From the sequence record SRR20825019_2100: a stretch of 55,702 nucleotides of DNA, one strand, 5' to 3'. The notes under the pieces were generated by a model. It was not told the origin of the DNA. It saw only the letters and a list, made by a program, of their open reading frames with translations, and searched no databases. How positions within the stretch are numbered: the stretch's first letter is position 1; every line of letters starts with the position of its first letter. Shown piece after piece: positions 48,138 to 55,702 of this stretch. The translations under genes and the position numbers were made by a program.

Positions 48138-50039
48138 ATGTGCGGAATAACCGGATTTATTGATTTTACAAGAACCACCAGCGAAGTAGTCTTAACGAAA
48201 ATGACTTCTCAACTGAATCATCGTGGACCGGATGGTGCAGGAACTGAGATTATCTCAGGTGATTTTGCACAAATAGGCTTCGGTCATCGACGATTGGCCA
48301 TCATAGATCTTTCTGATCACGGAAAACAACCCATGCAGTTTGAGTATTTATGGATCTGTTTTAACGGAGAAATCTATAACTATAAAGAAATTAAGGACGA
48401 ATTAAGTGATCTTGGACACGTTTTTCAGAGCGATTCGGACACAGAAATGGTTCTTCATGCCTACATCGAATGGGGAATTGATTGTTTGGAACGATTCATT
48501 GGAATGTTTTCTATCGTTCTTTATAATTCGCGAACACACAAAATCATCCTCATTAGAGATCGTGCTGGGGTAAAACCACTTTTCTACTATTGGAAAGATG
48601 ATTTGTTTTTATTTGCTTCTGAGCTTAAATCATTCCATCAACATCCAACGTTTGAAAAAGTGGTGAATCATGATGCTGTATCTGCGTTTTTGCAATACGG
48701 TAATGTTCCGACTCCTCATTGCATTTTTAATAATTGCTACAAAGTGAAACCTGGGGAGTACATTGAATTTGATTTGAAAACGCGAACTCTTTCAAAGAAT
48801 ATCTATTGGAATGTTTACGATTCTTACAATGCTCCAAAACTGTCTTTAAGTTATGATGAAGCCAAGGAACAGACGGAATCGATCCTGACTTCTGCGTTTA
48901 ATTATCGAATGGTTTCGGATGTTCCTGTTGGGATTTTCTTAAGTGGCGGATATGATAGTGTGTGCGTCACATCTATTCTCCAAAAAGACCGCAATGAAAA
49001 ACTAAAAACGTTTACAATTGGAGTTCCTGATATGGGCTTAAACGAAGCCCCTTACGCTAAGGAAATTGCCCAACACTTAGGAACAGATCACACAGAAATA
49101 GAGTGCACGCAGAAAGAAGCGTTGGAGTTGATTGAAGACCTTCCGTTTCATTTTGATGAGCCATTTGCCGATTCGTCGGCGATTCCAACCATGCTTGTGA
49201 GCAAGATGGCACGAAAATCAGTTACCGTTGCACTAAGCGCTGATGCTGGAGATGAAATTTTTGCTGGTTACAATCGCTACGATTACATGGAGCGCTATGG
49301 TAGAAAGCTAAACAAAATGCCTACGTACGTGCGAACGGCGCTTTCATCATTAATGCACGTTGTTCCATCTAATTCATTGCCAATAATTCGGAATAAATAC
49401 AATTTTCATAATCGCTATGAGAAGTTAAAATTAGTATTGAAGAATCCTTCTGATCAAAACATTATGCTGAGTTTAAGCCAACAGTTTACGGACCAGCAGA
49501 TGAAATCGATCATGTCTAACTACTTCTCTCCATTAAAAACGGCGTACACAAGTACTGAATTGTCTGAAGAGCGCAAAACCTCGCTTTCGTACATGATGGC
49601 GGTCGATTATCAAACGTACCTCGTGGATGATATTCTACAAAAAGTAGATCGCTCTACAATGTCTGTGGGTTTAGAAGGTAGAGAGCCTTTTTTAGATCAT
49701 CGAATTATTGAATTTGCCGCACGCCTTCCTGATCATTTTAAATACCACGAAGGTGTTAAAAAGCGGATTCTGAGAGATATTGTGCATCAATACGTTCCAA
49801 AAGAAATGATGGATCGTCCAAAAATGGGATTTGCCATTCCAATTGCCGACTGGTTAACTTATGATCTACAGCCGCTAGTGGAGGAATACATTTCAGAATC
49901 AAGAATTACTCAGCAAGGAATTTTGGATTGGAAAGAGATAAGTAAATTGAAAAAAGCCTTCTTCTCAGGAAAGAAAGAATACGATACCAAAATCTGGTAT
50001 GTGCTCATGTTTCAGATGTGGTATGAGAAGTGGATGTAA
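48138..50039 (+). CDS. asnB: Asparagine synthase-like glutamine amidotransferase (second copy)
   Basis: MCGITG, HRGPD, FNGEIYN, RDRAGVKP, LSGGYDS, DEPFADSS, KVDR..M..LE.R.PFLD. Confidence 0.92.
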   Translation: MCGITGFIDFTRTTSEVVLTKMTSQLNHRGPDGAGTEIISGDFAQIGFGHRRLAIIDLSDHGKQPMQFEYLWICFNGEIYNYKEIKDELSDLGHVFQSDSDTEMVLHAYIEWGIDCLERFIGMFSIVLYNSRTHKIILIRDRAGVKPLFYYWKDDLFLFASELKSFHQHPTFEKVVNHDAVSAFLQYGNVPTPHCIFNNCYKVKPGEYIEFDLKTRTLSKNIYWNVYDSYNAPKLSLSYDEAKEQTESILTSAFNYRMVSDVPVGIFLSGGYDSVCVTSILQKDRNEKLKTFTIGVPDMGLNEAPYAKEIAQHLGTDHTEIECTQKEALELIEDLPFHFDEPFADSSAIPTMLVSKMARKSVTVALSADAGDEIFAGYNRYDYMERYGRKLNKMPTYVRTALSSLMHVVPSNSLPIIRNKYNFHNRYEKLKLVLKNPSDQNIMLSLSQQFTDQQMKSIMSNYFSPLKTAYTSTELSEERKTSLSYMMAVDYQTYLVDDILQKVDRSTMSVGLEGREPFLDHRIIEFAARLPDHFKYHEGVKKRILRDIVHQYVPKEMMDRPKMGFAIPIADWLTYDLQPLVEEYISESRITQQGILDWKEISKLKKAFFSGKKEYDTKIWYVLMFQMWYEKWM

Positions 50040-50051
50040 AAGATTAGATAA

Positions 50052-51461
50052 TTATTTTGGGATTCTGCCGCTCGCGAAATAGCGCTCCATCAAATCATCT
50101 TCGGACGTTTCTAAACAATTGACGATTATTAATTTTGTGCCATCCGCCAAATCAGTTACTTTCAGAAATTCTTTTTTCGCAACGGGTTTCCATTTGGATA
50201 ATTCAGGAACCACTTCTTTCAACATCGCAAGATTCTTTTTGTTCTCCTTAGTAATCACAACAACTTTTGTGACAGGCGTTTCCATCATTTTCATCAACGC
50301 TGGAAGACTTAATGGACACTCAATGTATCGCTTACTTGCATAAGGATAATTTCGTAAAAAGAAATGATCAGCATTCATTTCATCCGACACGATGTAACGA
50401 TAGGTAAACAGATTCTCCAATTCATTTGTCCAATCAGAAAAGTGTTCATCATATATCGCGATGTATTGATCTACAAAATTCTTATCAATCGACTTATCGG
50501 CGTCCAAATATTCTCTCACGAGAGGATACACTTTCTGAGCCATTTGACTGATGTACTTCACATTATACCATTCATCTTCATCCAATCTGCCGTTAATCAC
50601 TTCATACACATATCCATTCCCAAGCGCAGTTGCCAGTGCTTCATTCAGCAGTAAGAAAGCGTACCTACGATTCTTCGACGGGTTTTCATCGAACCATTTA
50701 TTCAAATTCCACTTTACATTAACACTCTGTTCATCGTACAAAATATGATCTATTTCATGAAGTAGAACACTGAATAAAACGTCGTAATGCGGAAAATTTA
50801 AAGGAACTTCACTTACGGCGTTGTTTAAAAAAGCCGATGCAGTGAAACCGCCTTTCTTCATTGATGGAATGATAACGATGTCGAACGGAACATTTGGATC
50901 CCAAGTTGATCCATAAAAAGTAAGCGACTTAGAGAAAAAACGCATAATGTCGATACTGTCAACATAGGTCTGTAATTCTTTAATTTTCACTCCGAACGTT
51001 TCTTTATAGTCGGCGTAAACCAATGAATCATAAATAGGTGAAAAAGCAGCAATTACATCAGTGAAAATAGAAAGTTCCTCGCTTGGGATTACTCCGAAAG
51101 AACGATTTTTAAACTCATTGAGAGTTTCGGAAGCCATCAAGTTTTTCAACAAAATCGAACTCGTCATTCCTGGCATTTTGTCACCCTTTGGAAAAAACTG
51201 AAACTCGTATGAATTGTAAATATTTAACGTGTCCAGCTGAAATATTAACTGATTGTTTTCAGATGTATTGAAACTCGAATGCTTATAAACTCTTTTGTAA
51301 TCATTGTCAGGAGAATAATCCGATAAATCTTGCATGTACGCATAAGTAGCGTACAATTTCGAGAACTTAATATTGACTTTTACGGAAGATTGAGCTTGTA
51401 GAAACGGTCCCGAAAACAGGAACACTAAACTAAATAATAGGGTGAGGCGTAATTGATTCAT
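50052..51461 (-). CDS. Exported protein, putative gluzincin-type metallopeptidase
   Basis: Signal peptide; LLHEIDH (HExxH) followed by LNEALA. Confidence 0.65.
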   Translation of the reverse strand: MNQLRLTLLFSLVFLFSGPFLQAQSSVKVNIKFSKLYATYAYMQDLSDYSPDNDYKRVYKHSSFNTSENNQLIFQLDTLNIYNSYEFQFFPKGDKMPGMTSSILLKNLMASETLNEFKNRSFGVIPSEELSIFTDVIAAFSPIYDSLVYADYKETFGVKIKELQTYVDSIDIMRFFSKSLTFYGSTWDPNVPFDIVIIPSMKKGGFTASAFLNNAVSEVPLNFPHYDVLFSVLLHEIDHILYDEQSVNVKWNLNKWFDENPSKNRRYAFLLLNEALATALGNGYVYEVINGRLDEDEWYNVKYISQMAQKVYPLVREYLDADKSIDKNFVDQYIAIYDEHFSDWTNELENLFTYRYIVSDEMNADHFFLRNYPYASKRYIECPLSLPALMKMMETPVTKVVVITKENKKNLAMLKEVVPELSKWKPVAKKEFLKVTDLADGTKLIIVNCLETSEDDLMERYFASGRIPK

Positions 51462-51629
51462 TCGTGAAATTAGATCATTTATACGCTAAACTAAGTGTTT
51501 TCACAAATGCTCAACATCCTTTAAATCAATTTAACATTTTTCCTAGTTGACTTTCAACGCAGATTCATGAGGAAGATAGCGTTCAAGCAATCAGGTTGAT
51601 CAAAAGAATTGAGGGTAAACTAATTTGAA

Positions 51630-52058
51630 CTATGCAGGCTTTAATATGAGGATGTCGGTATTGCTTCCCCCATTAATTTTCACTTCTCCTTGGATTTTAG
51701 CTTTACTCAGAATAGAGAGCGTCCAATCGGCGTTGAGTTCATTGAAAGGTAAGAATGGCGTGAGCTGTAGCACGAGGTTTGTCGGATTCTTGTTTACATC
51801 TGTACTCCAGCTTCCATCAATAGTTTCTTCTCCGAGTACATCTATATCTCCATCTTCAAAAAACACAAATCTATAATCTGAAAACTCTTCGGCAATGTCT
51901 ACCCCATCCACATAGAGATAGTTGATTTTCCATTGACCTTCTGTAAGAATACGCTTAACTTTGTTGGGACTTGAATACTTTTTACATCCTGTTAAAGACA
52001 CAACCGCCCCCAAAAGTACAAAGCAGGCAATATATCGAAGTGTTAGTCCCTCTCTCAT
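51630..52058 (-). CDS. Lipocalin-like lipoprotein
   Basis: Lipobox LTGC-KK; L.EGQWKI, F.F..DG, G.W. Confidence 0.75.
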   Translation of the reverse strand: MREGLTLRYIACFVLLGAVVSLTGCKKYSSPNKVKRILTEGQWKINYLYVDGVDIAEEFSDYRFVFFEDGDIDVLGEETIDGSWSTDVNKNPTNLVLQLTPFLPFNELNADWTLSILSKAKIQGEVKINGGSNTDILILKPA

Positions 52059-52087
52059 GTCCTTAAAACGTGCAGAATTGCTCCTTA

Positions 52088-52396
52088 TTATGCTTCAGTA
52101 GTTGGAGCTCCGAAATTCATTGGTGGCATTTGAGGTGCATCCACATCGCTAATCCTCCCAAAATGTTGCTCATATTTCTGAACATTCTCTTGCAAAGCTT
52201 GCATAAGTCTTTTCGCATTTTGAGGTGTCATAATAATTCTAGAGCGTACTTTTCCTTTTGGCATTCCAGGCATGATTTGAACAAAATCAGATACGAACTC
52301 CGTTGGAGAGTGTGTGATAATCGCCAAATTAGAGTAAACGCCAGTTGCTATATCTTCTGATAACTCGATGTTGAGTTGATTTTCTTTGTTTTCCAT
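52088..52396 (-). CDS. DUF3467 family protein
   Basis: QLNIEL...A.GVYSNLAIITHS..EF..DF..MPG.PK..V.SRII.TP..AKRL; ATG at 52396. Confidence 0.9.
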   Translation of the reverse strand: MENKENQLNIELSEDIATGVYSNLAIITHSPTEFVSDFVQIMPGMPKGKVRSRIIMTPQNAKRLMQALQENVQKYEQHFGRISDVDAPQMPPMNFGAPTTEA

Positions 52397-52498
52397 AGGG
52401 CAAATATAGTGAATGTTCAGCAGGATCATTCCTTATTGAAGGACAATCGAATATGTATGAATCCAATCAAAATGGTATAAATTGGTCTGGATTATCAT

Positions 52499-53074
52499 CT
52501 AATTTATTATTTCCTTATACTCTGAATGGATAAATACCGAATCCAATTTTTCAACCTGATTAAAATTCCCCAATTTGTAAACCACTACCGTGCTGTCTCT
52601 TCTAAAAGTAAACTCTTCGAGTGAATCATCATACGATTGTAATCCCTCTATGATTTGAACTCTTCGCAGGGTATCATTCTGAATCTTGGAATACTCTGAT
52701 AAATTTCCATCTGGGTACTCCGTATACTGAGCTAATCGAATGACTGATGTCATTTCACCCTTTTTATTTGTTGTGACAGCAAAGATTCTTGATGACGCTC
52801 CTTCAAAGAAAAAGTACTCAAACACAAGATGAGTCTTGTTTTTTCGTGAATCTATTGTTTCGATTAAATGATGTTCTAGTATCGCTCCAGCAATAAATGG
52901 ATTATCGTCTACATTTATGAATTCAGTATTCGAATGGATAATTTCGAGTAGCTCATCGTCCTCAATCAATGAGTTTCGATACTCTCCCATTTTGTCTCTA
53001 TTCAATGAATAATCTCTATAAATGGTACTTGAGGCGCAACTTGAAACCAAGAGTAAAAAGAACAAATAGTTCAT
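52499..53074 (-). CDS. Hypothetical lipoprotein
   Basis: MNYLFFLLLVSSC lipobox; 191-aa ORF. Confidence 0.6.
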   Translation of the reverse strand: MNYLFFLLLVSSCASSTIYRDYSLNRDKMGEYRNSLIEDDELLEIIHSNTEFINVDDNPFIAGAILEHHLIETIDSRKNKTHLVFEYFFFEGASSRIFAVTTNKKGEMTSVIRLAQYTEYPDGNLSEYSKIQNDTLRRVQIIEGLQSYDDSLEEFTFRRDSTVVVYKLGNFNQVEKLDSVFIHSEYKEIIN

Positions 53075-53131
53075 TGACTTTAAGGTTCAATTTTTTGACG
53101 AGAAATCGATTTTAAGCAACATATTATTTTT

Positions 53132-53539
53132 TCAAGATAGATACTTCCTATTCACCGTATACAATGCAATGAACACAATTACCGGAACTAAGAACATGAG
53201 CTGAAAAACTCCAAGAAGTCCGATGACTGGCACAAAAATAACGAGTGCCGCTAGTACCAAAATGCCAAATGCGTAGAGAATATTTGAAAAAATATAGAGT
53301 TTGTAACCTGACTCTTTTAATTGAATCATTAGAATTGCCGCAATAATACTTCCTACGCAGCTCGTCCATTTGATACAGAAAAGAACGGTTACTAAGTGCT
53401 GAATATCTTTGTTCTCGACATCCCAGAGGATATAGGTGAACACACTACGTATAATAATGAATATGCTTCCTAGAATAGTTAGAATACACAGGATAAGTAA
53501 ACCAGTGTTCAATCCCTGTTTCTTTGAGTTCGTGCTCAT
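53132..53539 (-). CDS. Hypothetical four-TM membrane protein
   Basis: L.ILCILTI.GS, AAILM..LK..GY.LY; hydrophobic helices. Confidence 0.65.
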   Translation of the reverse strand: MSTNSKKQGLNTGLLILCILTILGSIFIIIRSVFTYILWDVENKDIQHLVTVLFCIKWTSCVGSIIAAILMIQLKESGYKLYIFSNILYAFGILVLAALVIFVPVIGLLGVFQLMFLVPVIVFIALYTVNRKYLS

Positions 53540-53592
53540 GATTACCTACTAATGTCGTGATATCAAACGACATGTTAGATAATGCTCAGGTG

Positions 53593-54828
53593 TTAAAGTT
53601 TTTGAAGTTTTTCCACCACACCGTTTGCACTGAAGAAATAGTATCCTGACGCCAAGCCTGAAATATCCAAAACGATTCGGTCTTCTGCGCTATCATCAAC
53701 GACAAATACTTGTTTTGACACATTTTTTCCAGTTGCGTCTAACACCAAAAAGTCCTTGAGGTTTCCATTGCTCTGAACGGTGATTTGGTCATTCGCAGGA
53801 ATTGGGTAAATTCTTAAGGTATGCGTAGGGATAAAATCGACTGTGCGAATATCGGAATGAGTAACGGTTCCGTCAAAATCTGTTTGTGACAAACGATAAT
53901 ACGAAACTCCTGAAACAGGTCTCTGATCATAAAGTTGATATGCTTGAACTTCATTCGAATTTCCTGCTCCTTGTACTTTACCAATCTCACTCCAATTATT
54001 TAAATCAGTAGAACGTTCAACAATAAAAAAGTCATTATTGATCTCTACATTCGTTTTCCAATCGAGTAAAACGCTCTCTGTTTCCTTCGTTGCTTCGAAT
54101 GAAAGCAATTCCACAGGAAGAAGTGATGTTTGTTGTACCACAACATTATCAATGAAATAATAGGCTGCAGTTGGAAATGTTGCTGATGAAGCATTAACGG
54201 TTGAAGTTACAGAGGCGTCTGGATGAAAATTACCAATCGTTATATAGGAATGAGCTGCAGTAGCAACATAGGTGAAGCTATAGAAAGTCCAGCTCGGTAA
54301 CCACGGCGCAGTTGTAACCATCGCTTGCGGCGTTCCTCCAATGTTCTCATGGGTTGTTTGAGATAATGGTGCTGTACTCAATCTAATTCCCATATTACTT
54401 ACACTCGACCCGTAAGAATAGCTTCCCGTTCCGCTGGTCATCCAAAATGAGATGATGTATGTACTTCCTATCGTCAGAGGTGTTGTTAACTGCGCTGACA
54501 TATAATCTCTTGAATTTAATGCGCTCGAGTGTTTGGAATACAATCCAATAATTGCGTTTCCATTTTGAGCTGTAACAGTTGCAAAAGAAGTGTTTGGTAT
54601 GTTTCCTCCTCCCGTTCCAGAAGTATGAAAATAATCGGGTGTTGCATAAGGCCATGCTCCTGAATTAAGGTTCACATTGTTCCATCCAACGCAAAAGCTC
54701 CAATCTCCAGAAGAATTTGGCAACGAAGAATATGTTTCAAAACTCGGATTCGGAACAAGGTTCTGACCATTAACATACGATACAGCAAGGAATGCGAAAC
54801 AAAAGGCGAATAGATTTAGGCTCTTCAT
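53593..54828 (-). CDS. T9SS type A sorting-domain protein with N-terminal CBM-like beta-sandwich
   Basis: Signal peptide, QNLVPNPSFE, TPDYF, YITIGNF, YYFIDNV; LPVELLSF Ig-like domain; CTD IYPIPA...SGYYF. Confidence 0.88.
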   Translation of the reverse strand: MKSLNLFAFCFAFLAVSYVNGQNLVPNPSFETYSSLPNSSGDWSFCVGWNNVNLNSGAWPYATPDYFHTSGTGGGNIPNTSFATVTAQNGNAIIGLYSKHSSALNSRDYMSAQLTTPLTIGSTYIISFWMTSGTGSYSYGSSVSNMGIRLSTAPLSQTTHENIGGTPQAMVTTAPWLPSWTFYSFTYVATAAHSYITIGNFHPDASVTSTVNASSATFPTAAYYFIDNVVVQQTSLLPVELLSFEATKETESVLLDWKTNVEINNDFFIVERSTDLNNWSEIGKVQGAGNSNEVQAYQLYDQRPVSGVSYYRLSQTDFDGTVTHSDIRTVDFIPTHTLRIYPIPANDQITVQSNGNLKDFLVLDATGKNVSKQVFVVDDSAEDRIVLDISGLASGYYFFSANGVVEKLQKL

Positions 54829-55079
54829 GGTTAGTTAGGAAAATAATTATTGATGGTCATCTTGTACTAAGATTATTTATTTACGTCACACTAAAGGAAA
54901 AATACGCTTTTTTTCGCACAAAAAATACAAAGATCAGCTAATCATTCCGTTGCTCGAATATTTTCCCACTTTTCTTTATCATTCTAGTAATTATCTAACT
55001 GAAAAATTGGGCTAATTATTGGAGACTAGATTGATTTCACGGTTAAGTTCAAAGGATTCCCTCGAAACCTTTCTAAATG

Positions 55080-55109
55080 AAAAATGGTCGGCTCTTGCGA
55101 ACCGACCAT
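55080..55109 (-). terminator. rpoC intrinsic terminator
   Basis: Minus strand ATGGTCGGTTC-GCAA-GAGCCGACCAT followed by a T run (GNRA tetraloop). Confidence 0.88.
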
Positions 55110-55137
55110 CTCCTTTATATTTACTAAGTAACTGAAC

Positions 55138-55702
<565 letters not shown>

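Noticed and set aside
39298-50039. AsnB-like proteins as lasso-peptide cyclases or a RiPP cluster
   Set aside because: Both keep the N-terminal Cys glutaminase domain (MCGI), no B1/B2 proteins or precursor are seen, and the context is wzx plus glycosyltransferases
19-54655. Numerous 60-126 aa ORFs antisense to or nested in long genes (e.g. 824..1156, 15708..16073, 21791..22171, 25461..25838)
   Set aside because: Shadow ORFs overlapping well-supported genes, with no recognisable motifs

Overview
Chromosomal window from an AT-rich Bacteroidota genome, probably Flavobacteriales (Crocinitomicaceae/Cryomorphaceae-like). This placement is inferred from TAnnTTTG promoters, T9SS genes and gene content. 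In order it holds: the first part of the Na+-NQR operon (nqrABC, partial nqrD); apaG; a TPR membrane protein; P5C dehydrogenase; paaABCD with two divergent PaaE-type reductases, an SDR and an ECF sigma with a mini membrane partner; a PorP/SprF plus PorE-like pair; greA-HIT; a 9-kb operon encoding a TonB-dependent receptor, a 1391-aa T9SS-type cargo and a PorV-family barrel; PPTase and GGGP synthase; nadC; rlmH; a 16-kb surface-glycan locus built from three glycosyltransferase/methyltransferase/amidotransferase triads; several exported proteins; DUF3467; and the 3' end of rpoC. I saw no tRNA, rRNA, CRISPR array, transposase or phage genes. The best candidate for an undescribed system is the SusD-less TBDR + T9SS cargo + dedicated PorV operon. 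All protein calls are by eye from motifs, with no database searches.
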